Shown here one piece after another: positions 18,466 through 27,264 of a stretch of 53,623 bases of DNA; position 1 is the first letter of the stretch, and each line of letters opens with the position of its first letter. Both the position numbers and the translations under genes were made by a program. Source of the DNA: a virus (lineage: Duplodnaviria > Caudoviricetes). Where the stretch lies: positions 1-53,623 of IMG/VR virus record IMGVR_UViG_3300036784_000353. One strand, written 5' to 3'. Below the pieces are notes generated by a model. It was given only the letters and a program-made list of their open reading frames with translations. It made no database searches and was not told where the DNA came from.

Positions 18466-19338
18466 GTGGCGCCGCTGCGCTCCGGTCCCTGTAGCCCTTG
18501 GGTGCAGGGACCGGAAGTCGAAGCGATGCCAGCCGTGCAGAGCGCCGCACAGGCGCTTACGGCGAAGGGCGGCCTGGACTCCGGGCAACTCCAGGAAATC
18601 TGTGCGGAAGCCGCGAGTGCTGCCTCGGGGGCCCTGTACGAGCTATCGGGGCAGGTCTACACCGGGGCGTGCGGGCCGGTCACGGTCCGTCCCGTCAGCC
18701 GCCCGACGGACATGGATACCCGCTCGTGGGGGGCATGGCTGTCTGGGCTTGGCCTCAGCGGAGAGCTCGGGACGTGGGGCATCGCGCTAACCACCGGTGT
18801 GCTGCCGCACTATGGCTCCTCGACCCCGCCGGAAATCGACCTCGGCGTCTACCCGGTCATCGCGGTCACACAGGTCAAGATCGACGGTGTTGTCATCCCG
18901 TCGACCGAGTACGAACTGCGCTCCCACAAGCGCCTGATCCGGCTGCGGACCAGCGCGAGCGCCACACCGACGGACCGGTGGGGCTGGCCAACCGCCCAGG
19001 TCGCCGACCTCCCTGACACCGAGGCTGGCACGTTCAGCGTCACCTACACCTACGGCCAGGCGCCCCCTGCGCTCGGGGTGATCGCGGCCCGCAAGCTCGC
19101 CGAATACATCGCCCGCCCCCAGCTCGGAGACAACAAGGGCTATCCGCAGCGTGTCACGAGCATGCAGCGCCAGGGAGTGTCGGCGATGGTCGTCGACGTG
19201 ATCGACGTACTGAACAAGGGCGCGACCGGCATTTACGAGGTCGACCTGTTCATCCGCTCGGTGAACCCAAACAAGAATGCCCGGCAGGCGGCCGTCTGGT
19301 CGCCGGACCTTGGTAGAGCCCGTCGAACCGCTGCCTAA
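18466..19338 (+). CDS. Head-to-tail adaptor
   Basis: LYELSG..YTG.C..TVRP, VKIDG, TFSVTYTYG.PP, PQRVTSMQRQGVS, TGIYEVDLF..VNP. Confidence 0.78.
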   Translation: MAPLRSGPCSPWVQGPEVEAMPAVQSAAQALTAKGGLDSGQLQEICAEAASAASGALYELSGQVYTGACGPVTVRPVSRPTDMDTRSWGAWLSGLGLSGELGTWGIALTTGVLPHYGSSTPPEIDLGVYPVIAVTQVKIDGVVIPSTEYELRSHKRLIRLRTSASATPTDRWGWPTAQVADLPDTEAGTFSVTYTYGQAPPALGVIAARKLAEYIARPQLGDNKGYPQRVTSMQRQGVSAMVVDVIDVLNKGATGIYEVDLFIRSVNPNKNARQAAVWSPDLGRARRTAA

Positions 19339-19349
19339 AGGAGGCCACG

Positions 19350-19604
19350 ATGGACGTCACCCGCTCACACGACCCCTGGGCACCCGAGGACGGCGAGAAG
19401 AAGCGCGTCAAGGTGCCTGAGGGTGTCACCCCGGGCGAGACGCCCGGCTGGCCCGCCGACGCCAAGACAGGCGAGGCGCTCGACCTGACCCCGGACCAGC
19501 GGGAGAAGCTCGCCGCGGCCAAGATCGACAGCAGCGAGACGAAGACCGCGACCGGCAAAGCCGCGTCGAAAGCCAAGCCCGCGAAAAGGAGCAAGTCCAA
19601 ATGA
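19350..19604 (+). CDS. Hypothetical protein
   Basis: AAAGGAGG RBS; Lys/Ala-rich tail. Confidence 0.65.
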   Translation: MDVTRSHDPWAPEDGEKKRVKVPEGVTPGETPGWPADAKTGEALDLTPDQREKLAAAKIDSSETKTATGKAASKAKPAKRSKSK

Positions 19605-19903
19605 GCCTGCCGATCACCCGCCTGCGCGACGCCGGCGCACACGAGACCGAGATCGCCCACCTCGAAGCCGACCACGACCGGCTCACCCCCGACGAACAGG
19701 CAAACCGCGAGACGTTCTTCGCGAGCAAAGCCCTCGAGGACATCCGGGAATGGCTGAAAGGAATCCGCCACAGCGGCTACTTCAAGGCGCCCGAGCCGGT
19801 CGAGCTGCCCGAGAAGGCGGAGGAAGGCACGGCCGTCACCGAGGAGCAGAAGGCCGAGGAGACCCACGACGGCGACAAGCCGGCAACCCGCGCCAAGAAG
19901 TAA
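19601..19903 (+). CDS. Hypothetical protein (paralog of the next gene)
   Basis: L..AGA.E.E...L.A..D....EQ....FF...A..DIREWL shared with 19908-20171. Confidence 0.7.
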   Translation: MSLPITRLRDAGAHETEIAHLEADHDRLTPDEQANRETFFASKALEDIREWLKGIRHSGYFKAPEPVELPEKAEEGTAVTEEQKAEETHDGDKPATRAKK

Positions 19904-19907
19904 GCGC

Positions 19908-20171
19908 GTGCTGCCCGACGCGAGGCTCAAGGCGGCTGGCGCCAGCGAAGCCGAGCTCGGGCAACTCCGGGCCGAGTACGACGCGGCCTCCGAGCAGGAG
20001 CAGCACGAGCTCATCCTGTTCTTCGAGCAGCGCGCCGACAGCGACATCCGCGAATGGCTGGAACGCCAGCGTGCGGCGGGGCACTTCAACCCCGGCTCCG
20101 AGCCAGCCGCCGAACCGTCCAAGGGCGAAGCTGCCAGCGAAGAACCGCCGCCCGAACCGGTCACCGAATAG
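19908..20171 (+). CDS. Hypothetical protein (paralog of the previous gene)
   Basis: Same DIREWL-containing domain. Confidence 0.7.
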   Translation: MLPDARLKAAGASEAELGQLRAEYDAASEQEQHELILFFEQRADSDIREWLERQRAAGHFNPGSEPAAEPSKGEAASEEPPPEPVTE

Positions 20172-20669
20172 ATGGCCAGCGTTACACAGCTCGGCGAAAC
20201 AGCGCAGAGCATCCTCGCCGCGTTCGTCAACCAGCTAGAGGTGCAGGGCGTCACGCTCCCCGAACGACGGTATGTCGCCCCGGGATCGCTCGTGCCGTGG
20301 GACGGCGAGCAGCTCGTCGTGAACCTCCAGCAGATCGTGCAGGGCCAGCCGGGGGCTCCCTACGCGGGCACCCCGCAGCCGGCGGCGGCGACGGTGCTGT
20401 CTGCTCAGTGGGCGGTGTCGATCTGCCGGCCGGCCCCGGTGATCCAAAGCGAACCGCTGGACGGTCTGCCGTCGGCGGAAGACAGCGAAGAGGCAGGGGT
20501 CGAAGCGATGACCGACGCCGCCCAGCTCGTTCTTGCTGCTGTCGCGATCCACGCCGCTCACACCCTCACGGGTCCGGGGCAGGGGTTCGCGATCGAGGGG
20601 TGCTCGCCGCTCGGCCCCGAGGGCGGCCTGTTCGCGAACCGTCTGCTGTTCACGATCTCGCTCTCCTGA
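20172..20669 (+). CDS. Probable tail terminator/neck protein
   Basis: Position in the neck module; VPWDGEQLVV and PLGPEGG motifs. Confidence 0.6.
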   Translation: MASVTQLGETAQSILAAFVNQLEVQGVTLPERRYVAPGSLVPWDGEQLVVNLQQIVQGQPGAPYAGTPQPAAATVLSAQWAVSICRPAPVIQSEPLDGLPSAEDSEEAGVEAMTDAAQLVLAAVAIHAAHTLTGPGQGFAIEGCSPLGPEGGLFANRLLFTISLS

Positions 20670-21097
20670 TGGACGTCAAACTCGTCACCGACGGCGCCAG
20701 GATGGCCGAGCTGCTCCGCTCACCGACCGGAGTGGTAGGCCGCCATCTGATCGCCCGCTCCACGATCGTGCAGGCCGCCGCGAAGGCCCAGGCGCCACGC
20801 AAGACAGGCTGCCTGCAGGACACGATCGTGAAAAGGGTGGAGGAGGACGCGATCAGTGGCTTCGCGATCCGCATCGTCTCCGACACCACGCCCTGCAGCC
20901 CCTCGCGGACCTCGTACAGCTACTACGTTCACGAGGGCACCCACCCGCATGTGATCGAAGCGAAGTCCGGCTCGCTGGGCTTCTACTGGGAGAACGGCCC
21001 CGACGGCCCCGGGATGTACTACTTCAAGCGCGTCCAGCACCCCGGCACCCGCGCCAACAGGTTCCTCTCAGACAACCTGCGCCTTTTCGCCGCCTAG
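20669..21097 (+). CDS. HK97 gp10-like tail completion protein
   Basis: AKAQAPRKTG.L..I, YVHEGT.PH.I, V.HPGT..N.FL. Confidence 0.8.
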   Translation: MDVKLVTDGARMAELLRSPTGVVGRHLIARSTIVQAAAKAQAPRKTGCLQDTIVKRVEEDAISGFAIRIVSDTTPCSPSRTSYSYYVHEGTHPHVIEAKSGSLGFYWENGPDGPGMYYFKRVQHPGTRANRFLSDNLRLFAA

Positions 21098-21125
21098 CGC
21101 GGCCCAGCAACACAAGGGAGAAACC

Positions 21126-21569
21126 ATGCCAGCACCACCCGTCTTTGGACGGCTCGATAAGGACGAGCAGCTCAACCTCGAACCGTTCAAGTTCTCGGTC
21201 GCCGCCTACAAGCAGGACGACGACGGCACCCAGCACGAGGTCACCTACGAGTTCACCGCCTCGGGGATCCGGCCGTTCTACGTGCAGCTCGACATCGTGA
21301 AAGCCGCAGCGTCCGGGAACGGCCTGCTGTCCTCCGATCGTGTCATTAGCTTCGTCGAGCAGTCGCTGCTGAACGACGACGAACGAGCACGCTTCCGCGA
21401 CCTGCTCTCCCAGCCCGACGTGTTCGTGAAAGGCGAGGTGCTCTCGCAGATCTCCGACTGGCTGGCGGAGACGTACTCTGACCGCCCTACCAAGCCGCCT
21501 ACCGCCAAACGTGGTGGGCGATCGCGCGCTGGGCAGAGGTCAATGGCCGCTGCCAACGGGAGGGGCTAG
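21126..21569 (+). CDS. Tail assembly chaperone (gpG-like)
   Basis: Two ORFs upstream of the tape measure; WLAETYSDRPT motif. Confidence 0.78.
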   Translation: MPAPPVFGRLDKDEQLNLEPFKFSVAAYKQDDDGTQHEVTYEFTASGIRPFYVQLDIVKAAASGNGLLSSDRVISFVEQSLLNDDERARFRDLLSQPDVFVKGEVLSQISDWLAETYSDRPTKPPTAKRGGRSRAGQRSMAAANGRG

Positions 21570-21817
21570 GCGACCTTCGCCGCAAGCCGACGTGGGTCGC
21601 GCTTGACGTGATCTACACGCTGATGCTCGACGAGGTGCCGCTGGAATCCCGCCACGAGTACCGGCAGAAGCTCGAGGAAGAGTTCGCGAAGCCTCTCCCT
21701 CACGAAGCACCACAGGACGGCCCGCGCGAACTAGAGCCGCCACCCGAGGCACCGGCGGAAGCCGAGCGGCAGGAATCGGCATGGGACGGCGAGACGCATG
21801 ACGGAGGTGTCCCATGA
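21482..21817 (+). CDS. Tail assembly chaperone -1 frameshift extension (gpT-like)
   Basis: -1 frame opens after TGA at 21479-21481 and reads PYQAAYRQTWWAIARWAEVNGRC..DL..P...LDVIY up to the tape measure start. Confidence 0.72.
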   Translation, partial: PPYQAAYRQTWWAIARWAEVNGRCQREGLGDLRRKPTWVALDVIYTLMLDEVPLESRHEYRQKLEEEFAKPLPHEAPQDGPRELEPPPEAPAEAERQESAWDGETHDGGVP

Positions 21818-24800
21818 CGGTAGTCGGGTCAGCCGAGATACTTGTCCGCCCGGTAAGCACCGGGTTCGAGTCGGAGGTAAAAGCCCAGACCGCCGGCGCG
21901 TTCTCCGGGGTCGGGAAGGATGCCGAGAAGGCCGGGTCAGAGGCGGGCAGCAAGCTCGACTCGGGGTTCAAGAAGGGCTCGTCGGGGCTCGCGAAGACGA
22001 TCGAGAACCTCGGGCTCCCGCTCGGCGGGCTCGGTGGCCATCTGACGAAAACGGCCTCGGGGATCGGCGAGGTCGACTCGAAAAGCAAGGGTCTCACCGG
22101 CACCCTCTCCCATCTCGGCGGTGGGACGCTCGCGCTCGCCACCGCGGGCATCGTCGGGTTCGGGGTGGCCGGGATCAAAGCGGCCGTCAACTACCAGTCG
22201 GCGACGACCACAATCGCCTCCCAGGCCGGGATCAGCGTCGCGGCCGCCAAGCGGATCAGCGACGCGTTCCTGAACACCGCTGGCCACACGATCTACTCGG
22301 CGCAGGAAATCGCCAAGGCCTACGGCGGGGTAGCCGGTGTCCTCGGGTCGCTGAACGGCAAAGCGCTCGACGCGGCGCAGGCGCAGAAGGTGATGGCGTC
22401 GGCAATGAACCTCGCGGAGGGCGCGGGGATCAGCCTCGAAGCCGCGACGAACAGCCTCGCGAAGGTAATGCAGGCCTACCACCTCGGGGTCGGCGAATCC
22501 TCCAAAGCATCAGACATCCTCTTCAGTGCATCCCGCCAGACGGGGGTCAGCGTCGAAGCGCTCACCCAGGGACTCACGCGGACGAAGAGCAAACTCGGCG
22601 ACCTCGCCCCGTCCCTTGCCGAATCGGCGGGGCTGCTGGACTCGCTCGCGAAAAACGGGGTCACGGGGCGCACAGCGATCTCCTCGCTGAGCGGGTCGTT
22701 CAACACGCTCGTCGGCGGCGGGAAACCCGCGACCGAAATGGCGAAAGAACTCGGCGTCCAGATCTTCAACTCCTCCGGGAAGTTCGTCGGGCTGAAGTCG
22801 ATCATCGAACAGCTCCACCCGAAGCTCGCCGGCCTCACGGAACAGTCACAGCTGCAGGCGACCAAGGCCCTGTTCGGTGCCTCGGCGAACCGCCAGATGC
22901 TCAGCGTGATCCAGCAAGGCCCCGCCGCCTTTGCCGCGAACACGGCGTCTGTCCAGCGCTCCGGCGCAGCCCACGAAGCCGCCGAGAAGCAGGCACAGAC
23001 CTTCAGCCATCAGATCGACCTGTTGAAGGCCACCGCGATCGACCTCGCAACCAAGTTCGGCAACATCCTGATCCCCAAGCTGGTCGCGCTGGAGAAGGTG
23101 CTCGCCGAAGGAATCGGCTGGCTCGAGAAACACAAGGAAGCCGCCAAAGCCCTCGCCATCGTGATTGCGACCGTCCTCGGGGTCGCTGTCTCGGTGTTCG
23201 TGGAGCAGAAGGCTGTCGCGTTCTCCAAATCGATCGGCACGATGCTCGGCGACGTCGGGAAACTCGCCGAAGGCATCAAGTCGGCCGTGACCAAGATCGT
23301 CGGCTACTTCACCACGGAGAGCACCGCCGCCGCCACTACCGCAGGCGAGATCGAGACGTCGAACGCTGCGGTCGTCGCCTCGGCGGACACGACGGCCGTG
23401 GGAGTCGATACGGCCCTCGGCTCGACCGGCGTCGGTCTCATCGTCGTCGGCCTTGGCCTTGCAGCCGTCGCTCTCGCGACGCACTGGGAAGCGGCGATGG
23501 AAGCGATCCAGTCGATCACCGAATCGGTTGGGGCGGTCGTGGTCGGCATCATCAACGGGCTGAGCGAAGCGATCGAAACGCTGACGCTCGGACTTGTCTC
23601 CCTCGGGAAGATCGAAGCAGAACACGGCGGCGAAGGAAAAGCTCCCGGTGGTAGGCGCGAAGAAGCCGAAAACCTCTCCGAAGGCGCGGGTGAAGGCGAA
23701 AGAGGCAAGGGGCTGGGCGTCGAACAGCAGATCATGGCGTTCTGGAAGAGCAAGGGCTTCTCTGCTGCGGCAGCGGCAGGATTCGTTGGGAACGCGGCGC
23801 TCGAGTCCTCGCTGAACGTCCACGAGAAGGGCGGCGGCCTCTACCAGCAGAGCGGCGCGGCGAACCCCGAAGGCGTGGCGGCGCAAGGCATCACGGGCCA
23901 GTCCGAAGAAGTCCTGCGGCGGCTCCCGCCCTCGCTCATCAGCAAGCTGAAGCACATCGCGGATCCGCGGGCGGCAGCGGGGCTTATCGAGAAGTACTTT
24001 GAGCAGCCCGCCGGGTCAAAGCCGGGGGAACCCGGCTATGGCACCGCCGAACAGGGCGGGGCGCATCTCCGGCAGCGTGAAGAAGCGGCGGCGAAGGCGC
24101 TCCACGGGGCGCACACCAAGGCAACGGAACTCGACACCGCCGCGCTGGAAAAGGACGTCAACGCGGTCGGCACCCACACTCTGAGGACCGAAGCCGAACG
24201 CAAAGCGGCAAGCAAAGCGAAAGCGAAAGCGAAAACGGAACCGTCGGTCGCGTCGATCACGAAATGGGCCGAAGCGCACGTCGGCAAGTTCCCCGAGTCA
24301 ACCGGGAGCAACACCGGCCCCGAACTCGACAGGCTGCAGAAGGAATTCGGCACCCGCGCCGCAGCATGGTGCGCGGAGTTCGCGACGACCGCCGCGATGA
24401 TGGGCGGCGCTAACAAGGCGGTGCGTACGGCGAGCGTCGCGACGATCCGCCAGTGGGCCGAACAGGGCTCTCACGGCTACAAGAAGGGCGTCACTCACAC
24501 GCCGGCGTCGGGCGAGCTCGCCATGTTCGGCAACGAACACGTCGGGTTCGTGCAGAGCGTCAACAAGCAGGCGGGCACCTACACCGACATTGAGGGCAAC
24601 ACGTCCGGGGGGAAGGGCGTCCAGCGGGTGACTCGCAGGATCGGCGAAGGGGACTTTGCCCGCCCGGCGTACCACAAGATCGAAGCGGGCGGCGAAGAAC
24701 TCAAGCGCGCCAGCAAGGGCTATGAAGAAGCCGCCAAGCAGGCAGCTGCTAGCCAGAAAATCGTTGCCACCTCGATCGGCCACGACACGAAACAGGCCAA

Positions 24801-25656
24801 CGCGGCCCTGACGAAGATGGTGGCCGCGATCCACTCGGGCAACCTGAAGCAGCTGCAGGGCGTCGTCGGCGGCATCCACGACAAGTGGCTGCACGGGATG
24901 GAGGTCCTGCTGGACAAAGACCACAGGACCGCCCTGTCGGGGATGGCTGGCACCGTGGAGAAGGAGCACGCCTCGGCGCTGACGGGACTGGTCTCCAAGC
25001 TCGTCGCCGCGCACAAGGGTGCGCTCGAGGCAATCAAGGTCGCCCTCGTCAAGGCGGCTGAAAAGGCGACCGTCGAACGTGAGGGTCGCGAAGACACGCT
25101 GAACACCGACCAGGCCGACCAGACGGCGACGCGGATCGCGAACCAGACGAAGGTGACGCTCGACCACGCGGCGGAAGCCGGCAAGACCGGCGCGGACCTG
25201 ATCGCCGCCCAGGCGCTGACTCATTTCGACGAAATCAAGACGGGTGGCGACTTCGCTGTCGGGAGCGCCAAGCAGGGCGTCGATAACGCTGCGGGCCATG
25301 GTGAAGTGGCGGAAGCGAACGCGAAGCAGGCGCTCGCTAGGGCGGAAAACGCCGCGAAAGTCCACGAAGCCGAAGCGCAGTCGGCGCTCGACGTGGCCAA
25401 CAACGCTGCGACCGAAGCGAACGCGGCGCAGACGAAAGCGACACAGGAACAGACCGAAGCCACCGAAGCCCAGACGAAGGCCACGGAAGAAGCGACCAAA
25501 GCGGCCGAAGCGTCCAAGGCGACCGCTGCCCCGCCGCCGGTCCACCTCGAGATCAACGGAACCAACCTCTCCGCCGGCGACCTGATGACTGAGGTGTCGT
25601 GGGCGATTAATACGGGCACCCTGCCGGTCGCCACCGCCCACAAGATCGCAGCCTGA
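21814..25656 (+). CDS. Tape measure protein with phage tail lysozyme and CHAP-like domains
   Basis: 1280 aa, Ala/Gly-rich; GFSAAAAAGFVGNAALESSLN..GLYQ lysozyme motif; AWCAEF..HVGFV..IEGNTS CHAP motif. Confidence 0.93.
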   Translation: MTVVGSAEILVRPVSTGFESEVKAQTAGAFSGVGKDAEKAGSEAGSKLDSGFKKGSSGLAKTIENLGLPLGGLGGHLTKTASGIGEVDSKSKGLTGTLSHLGGGTLALATAGIVGFGVAGIKAAVNYQSATTTIASQAGISVAAAKRISDAFLNTAGHTIYSAQEIAKAYGGVAGVLGSLNGKALDAAQAQKVMASAMNLAEGAGISLEAATNSLAKVMQAYHLGVGESSKASDILFSASRQTGVSVEALTQGLTRTKSKLGDLAPSLAESAGLLDSLAKNGVTGRTAISSLSGSFNTLVGGGKPATEMAKELGVQIFNSSGKFVGLKSIIEQLHPKLAGLTEQSQLQATKALFGASANRQMLSVIQQGPAAFAANTASVQRSGAAHEAAEKQAQTFSHQIDLLKATAIDLATKFGNILIPKLVALEKVLAEGIGWLEKHKEAAKALAIVIATVLGVAVSVFVEQKAVAFSKSIGTMLGDVGKLAEGIKSAVTKIVGYFTTESTAAATTAGEIETSNAAVVASADTTAVGVDTALGSTGVGLIVVGLGLAAVALATHWEAAMEAIQSITESVGAVVVGIINGLSEAIETLTLGLVSLGKIEAEHGGEGKAPGGRREEAENLSEGAGEGERGKGLGVEQQIMAFWKSKGFSAAAAAGFVGNAALESSLNVHEKGGGLYQQSGAANPEGVAAQGITGQSEEVLRRLPPSLISKLKHIADPRAAAGLIEKYFEQPAGSKPGEPGYGTAEQGGAHLRQREEAAAKALHGAHTKATELDTAALEKDVNAVGTHTLRTEAERKAASKAKAKAKTEPSVASITKWAEAHVGKFPESTGSNTGPELDRLQKEFGTRAAAWCAEFATTAAMMGGANKAVRTASVATIRQWAEQGSHGYKKGVTHTPASGELAMFGNEHVGFVQSVNKQAGTYTDIEGNTSGGKGVQRVTRRIGEGDFARPAYHKIEAGGEELKRASKGYEEAAKQAAASQKIVATSIGHDTKQANAALTKMVAAIHSGNLKQLQGVVGGIHDKWLHGMEVLLDKDHRTALSGMAGTVEKEHASALTGLVSKLVAAHKGALEAIKVALVKAAEKATVEREGREDTLNTDQADQTATRIANQTKVTLDHAAEAGKTGADLIAAQALTHFDEIKTGGDFAVGSAKQGVDNAAGHGEVAEANAKQALARAENAAKVHEAEAQSALDVANNAATEANAAQTKATQEQTEATEAQTKATEEATKAAEASKATAAPPPVHLEINGTNLSAGDLMTEVSWAINTGTLPVATAHKIAA

Positions 25657-26573
25657 TGCCCTTCCCACTCGCGTCACTCACCCCGCCCACGCTCTCGAAG
25701 TGGCAGATGAGCTACCGGGGCGTCGCGTTCGGTGGGATCGTCCAGGGCGCCACCTACCAGCTCCAGGGCTTCCCCGAAGGGCTCGACACGCCCGACTACA
25801 TCAGCGGGGACGCGCAGCGGGCGCTCGACCAGGGCGAGTTTGAAGGGGTCGACCTCTCGCCGGGCCGGAACGTCACGATCAAGCAGGTCATCCAGGCCGC
25901 GAGCGACGAAGCGCTCGACCACGCCCGGCAGACACTCGGGTCCGCCCTCGGGCCGGCGACCGCAGCGCAGCCGCTCTACCTCTGCCTCGCCTCGGGCACG
26001 TTCGCCTGTATGGCGAAGCCGCGCAAACACAAGGCGCCCGCAGAACTGCTGACGGCGTTCGCGAAGGCCAACGAAGCGAACACGCTATTTCACGCCACCG
26101 ACCCGCGGTGGTATGCGATGCCGACAAAGACCGCGACCGTCGCCCTCCCGGCCCCTCCCGGCGGAGTGACCTTCCCGCTGACATTCAACGTGAGCTTCGG
26201 CGGTGGGAGCTTTGGCGCCCTCGTCACCGTCGAAAACAACGGGAACTTCGAGATGCGCCCCAGGCTGATCGTGACCGGCCCCTGCACGACCCCGACGATC
26301 ACGAACCTGTCAATCCCGGGTGCCCCGTCGTTGAGCTTCAACATCTCACTTGCGTCGGGGGACACGCTGGCGATCGACACCGACTTCCAGACCGTCGTCT
26401 ACACGCCCGTCGGGACCTCTGGCGGGGCGTCACGCAGGGGCACCCTGGTCTTTGGGAGCACTTGGTTCAACTTGCCGCCCGGAATGAACGCGCTCGAGTT
26501 CACGTCGGCCGACACCACACAGGTGACGGGGACGCTGACCGTCGAATCCGCCGACGCGTATATCGCCCTTTAA
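25656..26573 (+). CDS. Distal tail protein (Dit-like minor tail protein)
   Basis: Follows the TMP; FHATDPRWY, GVTFPLTF, N.GN...P..I.TGP...P, WFNLPPG.N. Confidence 0.82.
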   Translation: MPFPLASLTPPTLSKWQMSYRGVAFGGIVQGATYQLQGFPEGLDTPDYISGDAQRALDQGEFEGVDLSPGRNVTIKQVIQAASDEALDHARQTLGSALGPATAAQPLYLCLASGTFACMAKPRKHKAPAELLTAFAKANEANTLFHATDPRWYAMPTKTATVALPAPPGGVTFPLTFNVSFGGGSFGALVTVENNGNFEMRPRLIVTGPCTTPTITNLSIPGAPSLSFNISLASGDTLAIDTDFQTVVYTPVGTSGGASRRGTLVFGSTWFNLPPGMNALEFTSADTTQVTGTLTVESADAYIAL

Positions 26574-26615
26574 GCCGCGCATATCGGGCTCTGAGCCCCA
26601 CGAAAAGGAGCAACG

Positions 26616-27257
26616 ATGCCGCTAACCGGAGAGATGCTGAACGCCCAGGGCAACGCGACCACTCGCAAGGAAGCGCCAACGATCTCCCCGGAATGGGTCA
26701 CGGTCGCCTCCCAGACCGAAGTTGTGCCGGAAGAATCCACGGCGCCGTCGCGGGTCATCAAAAAGGTCGGCCACGGACTGAACACTGGCGACATCATCGT
26801 CTTCACCGAACTCAACGGCAAAACGACGCTCGGGGAAGAAGCGGGCGGCATCGTGGTTGGGGTGCCGTACTACGTGCGCAAAGTGAGCACGTCGGAATTC
26901 GAAATCGCCTACACCAAGGCGCAGGCGGAATCGGCGACCGTGGGTGAACACATCGAATTCACGGTCACGGTCAAAGCGACGAGCAAGATCATGAAGCTCA
27001 CCGAGCACACGGGGGCGAAAACGAAACGGATCAAAACGGCGTTCGGCTCGGCGGCGAACTTGCTCAACGAAGACGCCACCGGGCGGGAAGTCGAAGCTTC
27101 CGGTGCCGTCGTGGTGACGTTCGTCCTGTACTTCTCGGCGGAAACGGCGGGCACCTGCACGAAAGTAGACAAGGCACCGGAAGCAAAGACACTGGCCGAA
27201 GGTGACATCTACAGGGTCACCAAGAGCCAGCTGTTTCAGAACGCCTACGTGGTCTGA
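26616..27257 (+). CDS. Minor tail/virion protein
   Basis: AAGGAG RBS; HGLNTGD.I.F..YYV motif; tail module. Confidence 0.65.
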   Translation: MPLTGEMLNAQGNATTRKEAPTISPEWVTVASQTEVVPEESTAPSRVIKKVGHGLNTGDIIVFTELNGKTTLGEEAGGIVVGVPYYVRKVSTSEFEIAYTKAQAESATVGEHIEFTVTVKATSKIMKLTEHTGAKTKRIKTAFGSAANLLNEDATGREVEASGAVVVTFVLYFSAETAGTCTKVDKAPEAKTLAEGDIYRVTKSQLFQNAYVV

Positions 27258-27264
27258 GCAGACG

